The notes under the pieces: model-generated | What the model saw: the letters and a program-made list of their open reading frames with translations, nothing else | Told to the model about the DNA's origin: nothing | The model's database searches: none | Origin: an uncultured Bacilli bacterium | Lineage (GTDB): Bacteria; Bacillota_I; Bacilli_A; RF39; UBA660 | Assembly: GCA_949065595.1 (NCBI GenBank) | Contig: CARSXK010000002.1 | Coordinates: forward strand, 29,387-93,386 | Length of the DNA stretch: 64,000 bases | Reading direction: 5' to 3' | In this document: piece by piece, positions 37,401 through 46,840 of the stretch | Position numbering within the stretch: position 1 is the first letter of the stretch | Layout of the letters: every line of letters begins with the position of its first letter | Made by a program: the position numbers and the translations under genes

Positions 37401-38408
37401 TTTGTTTGATTTAAAAACAGATTTTAAAAGGTTCAAATCTTGTTTATGTATATAGTAGCGATTTACCATTACAGAAGATATATTACTCTCATCTTCACCT
37501 TCTAGTAATTTTTTCAAAAATACCATATCATATAAATTTTTCATTTCATCTAGTATTTCCAATTGATTTCCAATTGCTTTTCCCAAATCCATATATTTAT
37601 CTTCGTAATCAGATCCTTTAAAATTCATTTTGATATCCGTATCCATTTCGAGTGCAAAAAGTTTAGAAATAGAAAAATTATCACCTAAAATCATTTTTGT
37701 AAATTCTAATACAAATTCTTTCGAAAAATAATTTTTCAATAATTCTTTTAAACGAATAAGACGATCGTTTTTATTTCCTAATAAAAGGATTTCTTCTAGT
37801 TTCTTTGTATCCAACAATTCAAGTATCTCACTATTATGTTCAATTGTTGTACTAACATTATCAATTACTTGTAATAGTGAATGTATTTTTTCTTGCAACT
37901 GAAGGTTTCTTATATTAAATTTTGCACCTTCATATAAAAAATTGCCACGATATTTTATCATATGATGTAGTGCTAAATAGATAAGACGAATATCCATCTT
38001 TTCAGTTTTATGTACCAAATCGTTTCTCAAATGATAGATGGTTGGATATTTTTGATTATATAGTTTCACTTGCTCTTTTTCCGTTTTAGAAATCTTGATT
38101 GTTTTATGGTTAAAATCGCTTTCGTGATAAAAGGTTTCTTTTAATTTTTGATAAAATTGAGAATCTACTTTATCCATTTCTTCTTTAAACTCTTTTTGTA
38201 ATAACTGTATACGCTTTCTTCTTCGATCATACCTTCTTCTTGTGCTTCGATAACCTCTTGTTTCTAAAGCTGTTACAGCTTCATCAAAGAGTCTAACACC
38301 CCACATTTTTTTCTTGCCTTTTTTCATGACTTTAAAAGTTTCTTTTTCAACTACAGCCCATCCTACAGATGTGGTTCCAATATCTAGTCCAATATTGTAA
38401 TTTTTCAT
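34410..38408 (-). CDS. cas9: CRISPR-associated endonuclease Cas9 (type II-A, 1332 aa)
   Basis: RuvC-I IGLDIGTTSVGWAVV, HNH YEIDHIIPRT...DNKALV, RuvC-III NFHHAHDAYL. ATG at 38408 is 7 nt after GGAGG; the track start at 38456 is rejected. Confidence 0.95.
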   Translation of the reverse strand: MKNYNIGLDIGTTSVGWAVVEKETFKVMKKGKKKMWGVRLFDEAVTALETRGYRSTRRRYDRRRKRIQLLQKEFKEEMDKVDSQFYQKLKETFYHESDFNHKTIKISKTEKEQVKLYNQKYPTIYHLRNDLVHKTEKMDIRLIYLALHHMIKYRGNFLYEGAKFNIRNLQLQEKIHSLLQVIDNVSTTIEHNSEILELLDTKKLEEILLLGNKNDRLIRLKELLKNYFSKEFVLEFTKMILGDNFSISKLFALEMDTDIKMNFKGSDYEDKYMDLGKAIGNQLEILDEMKNLYDMVFLKKLLEGEDESNISSVMVNRYYIHKQDLNLLKSVFKSNKEIYRQIFKTKTKPCLYEEYIHNHMTYDEFTKKILHFLEKHFRQDTPLENNICLKNRIEDGNFLPRITSTENGKFPYQLNCDELISIIENQGVYYPFLKEKENGEYKLVQLLQFRIPYYVGPLNHTTENLKKNRNAWAIKKENVACITPYNFKEVIDLEASAEEFILRMVGKCTYLLKENAMPANSILYSKFKVLNELKQIKVNNQKLDLAIQQKIYEDFFLKTTGSLTDKRFKSFLYQIPEMRMYDDLSVTGYSSDMKFANTMQSYIDFFGENGIFEGTSYGIEDAEQIISWITIFEDKDIVKKKVEANYHLNDIKISYLLKKKYKGWSNLSKKLLTTAYYQNPTTMTKQSILEIMETTEENFMQVLYNQKYKFQDMIAQMNGSEMAERLSYDVVRELATSPATKKGIYQALLLVEEIIHIMGYEPNQVVLEMARGDEKKERKNDKKKFIESLYTKCKKDISNYNQLKKELDHYEKIDSQKLFLYFIQEGKSLYSGTPLDIDKLESYEIDHIIPRTLLKDDSIDNKALVLKEENQEKAAALVLPSHFRNDVMRKWWNHLKKHGLISSKKYHNLCRSKYSKEDIEGFINRQLVETRQITKHVANIIQKYHPKSNLAYIPASLSHNYREKFELYKFRDINNFHHAHDAYLAAVLGEYKTSYLKEAIDFEKLKELTTEWLHSKNDKELNYGYAINSLDNKFPRYDKNGEIVFEPEKFNHIVEDTLYQNDVIISKKTEMKTGKFYKETIHSKAEKGNKLPLKAGLDPKLYGGYQDVEVAYTVLVFYQNQYKLVGIPILICAQAKKNSSVIMEYIRKHLGLSESDDCVLVKDKIFFNTLFEYKGQAVYLRGYATESKGCEVVNAVELKVPRAKMKQWKYVLNYVLNDKKMMKEDWSETKTELLMDEIIQWLLSRKEFYPLFKNAIDKIEAVLNETMLSVDDKKRVIKELFILYGTSRNANLSFIQNGGLSDRIGRLSGRNINHGIIIYRSISGLKERYYEF

Positions 38409-38437
38409 TGACATACCTCCTACTCCTATGGTATTAT
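38408..38437 (+). promoter_or_regulatory. candidate tracrRNA promoter
   Basis: TTGACA (38408-13), 18-nt spacer, TATTAT (38432-37). It overlaps the cas9 start codon/RBS on the other strand. Confidence 0.5.
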
Positions 38438-38443
38438 GTAGTT

Positions 38444-38552
38444 GTCTTAATACCATTTAAGATGACATAGAGAGTTAAAATAAAGGTTTTACGAATGTAT
38501 TACCCTAAATACTCATTTAGATGAGTTTGGTTGCTTAAGCAACTCTTTTTTT
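38444..38552 (+). ncRNA. tracrRNA: tracrRNA
   Basis: Anti-repeat TTAATACCATTTAAGATGACATAGA is complementary to the crRNA repeat (one G-U). It is followed by GAGTTAAAATAAAGG, compared with SpCas9 tracr CAAGTTAAAATAAGG. Then hairpin ACTCAT/ATGAGT and terminator GTTGC-TTAA-GCAAC + T7. Confidence 0.8.
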
Positions 38553-38820
38553 ATTTCTCTCAATCATACTAGAAAAAAGCTAGCAAAAAACAATTTAAGT
38601 CTTTACTAGCCCTTTAATTAATTTCATTATACTATATTGCGTGCTATTTGCAAATGAAAAATACAAAGAAATAAAAAATAAAGTGTTCATTCGGTAAACA
38701 CTTTTTTTGCATATCACCTTATAGTGTATTTAATAGTTGAATAAACGGATTGTAACATAAATACAAATTCATGGTATAGAAGCTAATTATAATTATGAAA
38801 TAGAAAAATGAAGACTTGCT

Positions 38821-39264
38821 TCATTTTAAACTACTATCAATCATCCAAAATTGTTTATCATAAAAAGATAAGAATTCATTTAGCATACCTGCTGTTCCAA
38901 AGTCTTCTTCTTTTTCAAAACAACGTACCAAATCTTTTGTATAAACTTTCATAAACCCGAAATCATTTTGTAACACTTCTAAAACTTGTGTACCATTGTA
39001 ATCCATACTTCTCATTGATTTCATAGTAGAAGTATCCTCTATTTTTTTCAAAGATGTAATTGGATATCCGCCTAACATTTTAATGCGTTCAGCTACCTTA
39101 TCATATTGTAAAGCAACCTCTTCATAATATTCTTGAAGTTTTCTATGCATTCCAAAAAAACTCATACCTACAATATTAAAATGCATATTGTATAAATTAT
39201 TATTTAAAACTTTCAAATTAGCCAAATACTCATTTAACATAGCAATATTTTTGTTTTCTTCCAT
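38821..39264 (-). CDS. dps: Dps family DNA-protecting ferritin-like protein
   Basis: LNEYLANL.VL...L.N.HFN..G..FF..H..L.E.Y pattern, 147 aa. Confidence 0.85.
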   Translation of the reverse strand: MEENKNIAMLNEYLANLKVLNNNLYNMHFNIVGMSFFGMHRKLQEYYEEVALQYDKVAERIKMLGGYPITSLKKIEDTSTMKSMRSMDYNGTQVLEVLQNDFGFMKVYTKDLVRCFEKEEDFGTAGMLNEFLSFYDKQFWMIDSSLK

Positions 39265-39282
39265 AATAAATCCCCCATATTA

Positions 39283-40014
39283 TTATATGAGAGATTTGCC
39301 TAAATGTTCCCGTAGTCTACGCATTTGTTCTTTATCCTTTGAAGAAACACGAGTAGATTCTATAATCTTTTGGATAGTATGTTTTTGCGTGAAATGATCC
39401 AATATTGAATGTTCCAATAGAAACACGACTTTTTGAGGGTAATGAATGTAGCAAAGAGATAACAACCATGCATTCGCCATACCCACATAATATTCATCTC
39501 CAGGCACTTTAGAACATAATTCTAAAATAGAATCAATATAAGTATCATTAATATAATAGTTGAGTAACAACACAAGACCAAAACGACGTATCCATCCATT
39601 TTGATTTACCACATATTGCCTGATAACATCCAAGCCTTCTTCTAAATGGTCCTTCCAAATTTTTAAATTTGAGCATACAATATCATTAATAGCCCAATTG
39701 TTATTAAAAGGAAGAAAGTCATTTAACAAAGAAATACATTCCCCAAAAGGTATCTTCAAATATCCAATCACCAAACCATGAATGATTCTCTCTTCATAAG
39801 TATCATGTTGGACACATTTCAAAAAATCATAGGGTTTATTTTTACTAACTGTAATTGCTATTTTTTTTAAAATGGGCGTTCTAATTCCAATTAAAGTGTT
39901 GGTGTCCTGAATCAATTTTCCATGGAAATCACGATATTTTAAATCCTGCAAAGAACCAAGATAATTCAAAAATGCAGTATAAGTTTGATTCCAATTACAC
40001 GTTTCTAAGTTCAT
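39283..40014 (-). CDS. DNA alkylation repair protein (AlkD-like HEAT-repeat family)
   Basis: ~240 aa helical repeat protein with YRDFHGKLI...IGIRTP and W.RRFGL motifs. Confidence 0.65.
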   Translation of the reverse strand: MNLETCNWNQTYTAFLNYLGSLQDLKYRDFHGKLIQDTNTLIGIRTPILKKIAITVSKNKPYDFLKCVQHDTYEERIIHGLVIGYLKIPFGECISLLNDFLPFNNNWAINDIVCSNLKIWKDHLEEGLDVIRQYVVNQNGWIRRFGLVLLLNYYINDTYIDSILELCSKVPGDEYYVGMANAWLLSLCYIHYPQKVVFLLEHSILDHFTQKHTIQKIIESTRVSSKDKEQMRRLREHLGKSLI

Positions 40015-41174
40015 TGGATTTCTTCTAAAAAACTTGTTCCAATCCGCGGTAATTTTACATTGAAATTATCTGCCACAGTAGCTCCAAGTGAAGCAAATGT
40101 TGTTAAATGAGTGATTCTTTTTGATTCTTTCATTCCCCTATAATATACAAATACAGGTACATCTTCACGGGTATGATCAGTACCTATATAAGTTGGATCG
40201 TTTCCATGATCGGCTGTGAAAATCAATAAATCATCTGCCTCTAAAGAAGCCATAAACTTTGGAAGATAATCATCCAATTCTTTTAATGCATGTGCATATC
40301 CAATTGGATTTCTTCTATGTCCATATTTGGAATCAAAATCGTTTAAATTGGCAAAACAAAGACCCGTAAAATTTTTCTGCATCGTCTTTAAAATGATTTG
40401 CATTCCATCTAAATTGTCCTTGGTTTTAATACTTTCTGTAATTCCACAATTGTTAAAAATATCCGCAATTTTTCCAACTGAAATCACATCATAATGTGCT
40501 TCTTTCAATGCATCTAATACAGTTGATTCTGCTGGATTTAAAGCATAATCATGTCGGTTAGAAGTACGTTCAAAATGTCCTGGTGTTCCAATAAATGGTC
40601 TTGCAATAATACGTCCCACCTTCCATTCCTCTTTTAAAGTAAGCTCCCTTGCTATCTCACAAATGTGATACAGTTCTTTTAAAGGAACAATCTCTTCATG
40701 GGCCGCAATTTGTAACACAGAATCAGCAGATGTATAGACAATCACTTTTCCAGTTTCCATATGTTCTTTCCCAAGGCGTTCAATGATTTCAGTACCACTT
40801 GCATTACAATTTCCTAAAATGCCTCTTCCTATTTGAATAGATAATTCTTGTATTAATTCCTCTGGAAAACCAGTTTCCGTGAATGTACGAAAAGGAACCT
40901 TGGTTTCTACTCCCATCATTTCCAAATGTCCGGTAAGTGTATCCTTTCCATTACTGATTTCCTCTGCTTTGGTATAAGATGCTATAGTAGGTATATTGGT
41001 ATCATTTAGTAAATTAGATAATCCCATTTTTTCAAAATTGGGTAAATGAATCTTTGTACTTTCCAGTGCATGTAATATGGTATTGGTTCCAGCATCATGA
41101 AAGGCTTCTGCATCTTTGGCTGCTCCAATTCCAACGGAGTCCATCACAACTAAAAATATTCTTTTAAATCTCAT
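40011..41174 (-). CDS. deoB: phosphopentomutase
   Basis: RIFLVVMDSVGIG, ADHGNDPT and HTREDVP motifs. ATG at 41174 is 6 nt after AGGAA. Confidence 0.9.
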   Translation of the reverse strand: MRFKRIFLVVMDSVGIGAAKDAEAFHDAGTNTILHALESTKIHLPNFEKMGLSNLLNDTNIPTIASYTKAEEISNGKDTLTGHLEMMGVETKVPFRTFTETGFPEELIQELSIQIGRGILGNCNASGTEIIERLGKEHMETGKVIVYTSADSVLQIAAHEEIVPLKELYHICEIARELTLKEEWKVGRIIARPFIGTPGHFERTSNRHDYALNPAESTVLDALKEAHYDVISVGKIADIFNNCGITESIKTKDNLDGMQIILKTMQKNFTGLCFANLNDFDSKYGHRRNPIGYAHALKELDDYLPKFMASLEADDLLIFTADHGNDPTYIGTDHTREDVPVFVYYRGMKESKRITHLTTFASLGATVADNFNVKLPRIGTSFLEEIQ

Positions 41175-41187
41175 AATCATTTCCTTT

Positions 41188-42123
41188 CTAATCGCCATGT
41201 GGATGAAATTTGGCATAATTTTCTAGTAACTGTTGATTGGATATATGAGTGTATATTTGCGTAGTTGAAATATCACAATGGCCAAGCAATTCTTGAATAC
41301 TCCTCAAATCAGCACCATTTTCCAACAAGTGGGTCGCAAAGGAATGCCTTAACGTATGTGGAGAAAAATCAGTTTTGATGCCTTTTTCTCTTCCCAACTG
41401 TTTGATAATTTTAAAAAATGCTTGTCTCGACATTTGTGTTCCTCGACTACTCAAAAATAAAACATCAGTCTCCCTTTTTCGTAACATAAAACGGTATTCT
41501 TCTATATAAATATGTAAGTAATAGGTTGCGTAATCTCCAATCGGAACCAATCGTTCTTTACTGCCTTTTCCCAATACCCTAACTGTCTGCATTTCCAAAT
41601 TAATATCATGAATAGAAAGTGAAATCAATTCCGTAATACGAAGTCCAGATGCATACATAAGCTCTAACATCGCCTTATTGCGATACTGATAGGCATTCGT
41701 AAGAGGGACATCTAACAGCAATTCTATTTCTTCTTTTGAAAGAACTCTAGGTAACGATTTTGGCAACTTTGGCATATCCATATCATCCATTGGATTTTGG
41801 AAAATCACTTCTTCCCTTTCCAAAAATTTATAAAAACTTCTAAAAACTGTCATAAAATGAGCTATAGTACGTGCTTGGCTTCTTTCTTTTTTGATTGTTA
41901 AAAAGGAAAGAATATCCTGTTTGACAAGATTACGTAATGGCTTTTTAACCACTTGCTCCAATTCATACAGTTGTAAATCGTAAGACAAAACTGTATTATG
42001 GCTATACTTACGCTCAATGAATAGATATCCTAAAAAATCCAGTGCATCCATATCTGTTACATGATATTTCATTTCATCACTACCGTTCTTTTTTATTATA
42101 CAATATTTTAAATATTTATGCAC
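41188..42123 (-). CDS. xerD: site-specific tyrosine recombinase XerD (RipX-like)
   Basis: SHNTV.SY..DL, R...GKG.KER.VP and HTLRHSFATHLLENGADLRSIQELLGH...TTQIYTH. Adjacent to deoB as in Bacillus. Start codon uncertain (GTG 42123 or ATG 42072). Confidence 0.75.
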   Translation of the reverse strand: MHKYLKYCIIKKNGSDEMKYHVTDMDALDFLGYLFIERKYSHNTVLSYDLQLYELEQVVKKPLRNLVKQDILSFLTIKKERSQARTIAHFMTVFRSFYKFLEREEVIFQNPMDDMDMPKLPKSLPRVLSKEEIELLLDVPLTNAYQYRNKAMLELMYASGLRITELISLSIHDINLEMQTVRVLGKGSKERLVPIGDYATYYLHIYIEEYRFMLRKRETDVLFLSSRGTQMSRQAFFKIIKQLGREKGIKTDFSPHTLRHSFATHLLENGADLRSIQELLGHCDISTTQIYTHISNQQLLENYAKFHPHGD

Positions 42124-42185
42124 GCTTCCTCACTTCAGTATACGAAAGTTGACAAAACTATGGTAAAATAATATTAGGTGATACA

Positions 42186-43406
42186 ATGACAGAACCACTC
42201 GCAATTCAATTAAGACCTCAAACCATAGAAGATGTCATCGGACAAGAACATTTAATTGGTCCAAACAAAATAATTCGTAACATGGTTGCACATGGCCGTA
42301 TTTTTTCTATGATTTTATATGGAAAACCAGGTATCGGGAAAACGACAATTGCACAAGCCATTGTAAAAACGGTAGGACAAAAATATCGAATGTTAAATGC
42401 AGTTATCAATCATAAAAAAGACTTTGATGTGGTAGTGGAAGAAGCCAAATTATTTGGTGGGCTGGTTGTTATTATGGATGAAATTCATCGTCTGAACAAA
42501 GACAAACAAGATTTACTACTTCCTTATTTGGAAAGTGGTCTAATCACTTTAATTGGTATGACAACTTCCAATCCATACCATAAAATTAATCCAGCCATTC
42601 GAAGCCGTTGCCAAATATTTGAATTACATGAATTATCAGAAGCAGATATTATGAAAGCAATTCAACGTGCTTGTGCATCAGAATATCTAAAAGAAATTGT
42701 AATAGACGATGATGCCAAAGAATTTATTGCAACTGTTTCAAGCGGTGATTTAAGATATGCATATAATTTATTAGAAGTTGCTTATTACGCAAGTAGTGAT
42801 TATCATATTACATTAAATAACTTAAAAGATATCAATACCAAACCAGTCTTTTTTCATGACAAAAATGAGGATGGACACTACGATGTCATTAGTGCTTTTC
42901 AAAAATCCATTCGTGGAAGTGATGTAAATGCTGCCTTACACTATTTAGCACGACTAATTATGGCAGAAGATTTGGATATTATTTACCGCAGGATGACTGT
43001 CATTGCATATGAAGATATTGGCCTTGCCAATCCTTCAATGGGACCAAAAGTAGAAGCTGCTATACAAGCTTGTGAACGTCTAGGACTTCCAGAAGGTCGT
43101 ATTCCACTTGGAAATATAGTCATTGAGCTCGCTCTTTCTCCTAAATCAAATACAGGTCATTTGGCTTTAGACGCAGCTTTAGCTGATATAGAAGCTGGAA
43201 ATACAGGAAATGTTCCTCCTCACATTAAAACAACTTCCAAGGATTATAAATACCCTCATGACTATCCAAATAATTGGGTCAAACAACAATATCTTCCAGA
43301 CAATTTAATTGGTAAAAAATATTATCATCCAAAACCCTCTAGTAAATATGAAGAAAATTTAATGAAAATTGATCAAAATTTAGAAAAATTACAAAAAGAA
43401 GACTAA
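42186..43406 (+). CDS. rarA: replication-associated recombination protein A (AAA+ ATPase)
   Basis: PLA..LRP....DV.GQ.HL, Walker A GKPGIGKTT, DEIHR and MgsA_C-like C-terminus. Confidence 0.9.
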   Translation: MTEPLAIQLRPQTIEDVIGQEHLIGPNKIIRNMVAHGRIFSMILYGKPGIGKTTIAQAIVKTVGQKYRMLNAVINHKKDFDVVVEEAKLFGGLVVIMDEIHRLNKDKQDLLLPYLESGLITLIGMTTSNPYHKINPAIRSRCQIFELHELSEADIMKAIQRACASEYLKEIVIDDDAKEFIATVSSGDLRYAYNLLEVAYYASSDYHITLNNLKDINTKPVFFHDKNEDGHYDVISAFQKSIRGSDVNAALHYLARLIMAEDLDIIYRRMTVIAYEDIGLANPSMGPKVEAAIQACERLGLPEGRIPLGNIVIELALSPKSNTGHLALDAALADIEAGNTGNVPPHIKTTSKDYKYPHDYPNNWVKQQYLPDNLIGKKYYHPKPSSKYEENLMKIDQNLEKLQKED

Positions 43407-43509
43407 TGCTTCTTTTTTTTTTATATAACGAATAAAATAGTACAAATTTGACAAATTCAAAAAAACTGTTATAATAGCAGGCATTCAAAGGAAAAAGGGG
43501 GAATTTCTA

Positions 43510-43698
43510 ATGAAAATAAACTGGAATAAGGTGTGTTATCTTATTTTAGGTTCCATCGCAATCGCATTGCTATGTATTCTAGATGGTATCTTATTAATAA
43601 CACACTATACCATTCTTACTTATGTTTCTTTCTTTAGTACCTACCTATTTGGTATTTACTTTATGAAGACACAAAGAAAATACAAATTAACAAAATAA
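43510..43698 (+). CDS. small membrane protein
   Basis: 62 aa with two TM helices; RBS GGGGGA. Confidence 0.4.
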   Translation: MKINWNKVCYLILGSIAIALLCILDGILLITHYTILTYVSFFSTYLFGIYFMKTQRKYKLTK

Positions 43699-43716
43699 AA
43701 ACAACAAATGTTGTTT

Positions 43717-44514
43717 TTATTTTGTTAATATATGAATTATAAAATCAAAATCAATTTTAGTTAACAACAGAAAGATTGCTGCTACGGCCAAAAAGGGCCC
43801 AAATGGAATACTATGCTCTGGTATTTCATCATCATCAATGTATTTTTGATCTTTATATTTAATCGTAAAATATACAGCAACTGGTAAAGCAACAAAAGAA
43901 GCAACAAAAATACTTATAATGGACATAGGATATCCCAATATCAGTCCAAAGACAAACATGAGTTTAATATCTCCCCCACCCATTGATTCCTTTCGAAATA
44001 AAAAATCTCCTAATTTTTTCAATAAAAACATTGTCAAAAATGTCCCAATTCCAGCGCCTATAGATACTAGCGTCCCTTGAACACCCCTTTGTATCCATAA
44101 CTCTATTATCAATAAAGCAGAACCCAAAAGCAACACTTCATCTGGAATTATCATAGTTTGATAATCACTAATTATAATAATTAATAAAGTAGAAATAAAA
44201 GTTAGCGCCATCACAAGTTCAATTGAAAAACCAAACAAAAGGTAACTAACTGCAAATAAAAATCCAGAACAAAATTCAAAAATAGGATAAAATGGTGAAA
44301 TTTTTTCTCCACAACTCTTACACTTTCCCTTTAAAAATATGTAAGAAAAAATAGGGACCAACTCACTTGCCCCTAATTTATGATTACATTTGGTGCAGTG
44401 TGAAGAAGGAAATAATAAAGATTCTCCTTTTGGTAAACGATATCCTACTACATTATAAAAGGAACCTAGTACCATTCCAAAGAGAAATAATACAATTGTA
44501 TAATATATTTCCAT
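43717..44514 (-). CDS. prepilin peptidase (A24 family, PilD/ComC)
   Basis: Zn-finger CTKCNHKL...CKSCGE, polytopic, GGGDIKL active-site motif. ATG at 44514 preferred over GTG 44526. Confidence 0.85.
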   Translation of the reverse strand: MEIYYTIVLFLFGMVLGSFYNVVGYRLPKGESLLFPSSHCTKCNHKLGASELVPIFSYIFLKGKCKSCGEKISPFYPIFEFCSGFLFAVSYLLFGFSIELVMALTFISTLLIIIISDYQTMIIPDEVLLLGSALLIIELWIQRGVQGTLVSIGAGIGTFLTMFLLKKLGDFLFRKESMGGGDIKLMFVFGLILGYPMSIISIFVASFVALPVAVYFTIKYKDQKYIDDDEIPEHSIPFGPFLAVAAIFLLLTKIDFDFIIHILTK

Positions 44515-44531
44515 ACCTTCAACCACCCTAA

Positions 44532-46376
44532 CTACCCATAACTTTGAATGGTACTATACATACCAAACATCGGAATAACAATCGCAAGAATAATAATACC
44601 TACTACGACGGTTAAGAAAATTGTTAAAATTGGCTCAATAAATGTTTTAATTCTGGTAACAGATTCTTTATGTAATTCTTGGTAATAAGCAGAAACTTTT
44701 GCCATCATCTCTGATAATTCTCCTGTTTTTTCTCCTGTTACTAACATTTCATAAGCAGGAACTGGAAAAGCCCAATGCCCTGCAAAAGCAGCCGAAATTT
44801 TATCTCCTTTTGCCAAATTGGTAATGGTATCCAAAATTAACATTTTATATATTTCATTATTGGTTATTTTATTTAAAATTTCCATACTATCAGTAATAAA
44901 CACATTGTGTGCTAACAAAGAAGAAAACGTTTTTGTAAACATAGTCACTTCATTATAGATAATGGTATTTCCAAATATAGGTAGATGCATTAATACCCAC
45001 TGTACTACTGAACGGAAACCTCTAGCTTTTTTATAAAAGTACATAAACAATATTACAAATACTATAAGTCCAATCAACAAATAAACAATATAATTTTGTA
45101 AAAATTCACTAACAGCAATTACTGCCTTTGTAAATGCTGGTATCTGGGTTGCATCCATTGTAGAATAGATTTCAACAAACTGTGGAATAACAAACATCAT
45201 AATAAAAGTAATAACTGCAACTGAAAAAATGAATACCAAAGATGGATACATCATGGCTGTAATCATTTGCTTTCTTGTTTTTTCTGTTTCAGTATAATAA
45301 GCATACATATCATCCAAAACTTCTGGCAATTCTCCTGTCATTTCCGCCGTTTTTATCATATTGATAAATAATCTTGGAAATGCAACATTTTGTTTTATCA
45401 ATGCATCACTAAAGTTGTCTCCCATTGTCAAATCATAAATAATTGCTTTGAATATCTTCTGATAACTTTTTTGCTTGAACTGTCTTGATAATATTTTAAG
45501 TGCTTCAACAAGTGGAATACCAGCTTTTAAATATGTGGAAAGTTGTGTAATAAAGAAAATCAAGTCTTTCGTTTTAATTCTTACTTTATTCACACTGGCT
45601 TTTCCATGCACAAATACAGTCCATTTGCTGGCTTTTTTTATACTATATACTTCAAATCCTTCACTAAGTAAGAAAGAGTGCACTTCCACTTTAGAAAATG
45701 CTTCAAAAAAATCTTTAATCACATGACCTTCTTGATCTTTCGCAACATATTGATATAGTTCCTTTGTTTCACTTTTTTCTGCATCTTCTCCATCAAAATC
45801 AATCAACAGAGCCTCTCTTTGCATTGTTTTTTTATTTCTTCTATGTTTCGCAAAATCATTATTTACGATTTTATTTTTAAACCATACTGGTATGGTATTC
45901 AGCTTTGAAACTATATTTTTAATTTTAGATGCTAATGATTCTTTCTCAATCTTTACATTTTCATTTACGTATATATCATCATTTTTTTTCTTACGACGTA
46001 TTTCTTTCTTTGACTCTTGTGTAGATTCTTCTTGCTTCTGTTTAGAAGTATGATTTTTCTTTTGAAACAAAGAACGAAATGGTAAAAAGATAATAAACAA
46101 TAAGAAAGCAATCCCCAAAAAGAAATAATATGCCAAATGATAAATTGTTTTCCCAAGCCATTTCAACATTTGCATAATAGAATAACATACATATAAAAAA
46201 CCTAAAATAAAGTACTTTGCAATCCCATATGTAAGCATAACAAGAATAGATCCTATAAAATACAAAGTAAAAAATATGCCCAAGAAAAAATATCGAATGA
46301 TAAAAATTGGTACATTTAATACATGAATCATAAATTGATATAGAGTCTCAAATACCCGACTGTTCATCTGTTGCAT
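44532..46376 (-). CDS. type II secretion system F family platform protein (PilC/ComGB-like) with ~200-aa N-terminal membrane extension
   Basis: Two T2SSF repeats (e.g. LSTYLKAGIPLVEAL, TGELPEVL / TGELSEMM) preceded by extra TM helices and a Lys-rich linker. Start uncertain. Confidence 0.75.
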   Translation of the reverse strand: MQQMNSRVFETLYQFMIHVLNVPIFIIRYFFLGIFFTLYFIGSILVMLTYGIAKYFILGFLYVCYSIMQMLKWLGKTIYHLAYYFFLGIAFLLFIIFLPFRSLFQKKNHTSKQKQEESTQESKKEIRRKKKNDDIYVNENVKIEKESLASKIKNIVSKLNTIPVWFKNKIVNNDFAKHRRNKKTMQREALLIDFDGEDAEKSETKELYQYVAKDQEGHVIKDFFEAFSKVEVHSFLLSEGFEVYSIKKASKWTVFVHGKASVNKVRIKTKDLIFFITQLSTYLKAGIPLVEALKILSRQFKQKSYQKIFKAIIYDLTMGDNFSDALIKQNVAFPRLFINMIKTAEMTGELPEVLDDMYAYYTETEKTRKQMITAMMYPSLVFIFSVAVITFIMMFVIPQFVEIYSTMDATQIPAFTKAVIAVSEFLQNYIVYLLIGLIVFVILFMYFYKKARGFRSVVQWVLMHLPIFGNTIIYNEVTMFTKTFSSLLAHNVFITDSMEILNKITNNEIYKMLILDTITNLAKGDKISAAFAGHWAFPVPAYEMLVTGEKTGELSEMMAKVSAYYQELHKESVTRIKTFIEPILTIFLTVVVGIIILAIVIPMFGMYSTIQSYG

Positions 46377-46492
46377 AGAAAAAACACCATCCAATCTCCC
46401 TATTTTTATACTATCAAAATTATACTATATATTTTTTTATTTGTAAAACATTTTTTGACAAATCATATACTATTTTAGAAAGGAGTATAGTT

Positions 46493-46837
46493 ATGAATTA
46501 TTATAACCCATATTTTGGTGTTTATCCGACAACAGCCGCAACTACAACTCCTGGGCTATTTGGAAAACTACTAGGTGGTGGCGGAATCAAATGGGGTTCC
46601 TTACTTTCTGGAACACAAAAAGTTTTAGGTGTTGCAAATCAGGCCATACCAGTCATTCGCCAAATTTCCCCAGTTATGAAGAATGCCAAAACAATGTTTC
46701 GCGTAATGAACGAATTTAAAAAAGTAGATACTCCAACGGAAACAACAACCACTTCCACTTCCAATTCACCAGTGGATACAGAAACACATACCAACGTTTC
46801 TGCAAAAACAACAGAGGGACCTACTTTCTTCATATAA
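46493..46837 (+). CDS. YqfQ/VrrA-like small protein
   Basis: Gly-rich N-terminus, I...QA.P..RQ..P..KN.KTMFR.MNE pattern, Thr-rich tail; RBS AAAGGAG. Confidence 0.5.
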   Translation: MNYYNPYFGVYPTTAATTTPGLFGKLLGGGGIKWGSLLSGTQKVLGVANQAIPVIRQISPVMKNAKTMFRVMNEFKKVDTPTETTTTSTSNSPVDTETHTNVSAKTTEGPTFFI

Positions 46838-46840
46838 AAA

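Noticed and set aside
38681-38707. Second hairpin + T-run (AGTGTT...AACACT) downstream of the tracrRNA terminator, considered as the end of a longer tracrRNA or another sRNA
   Set aside because: The tracrRNA already has a strong terminator at 38530-38552. No promoter or conserved element was seen between the two, so there is not enough evidence for a separate feature.
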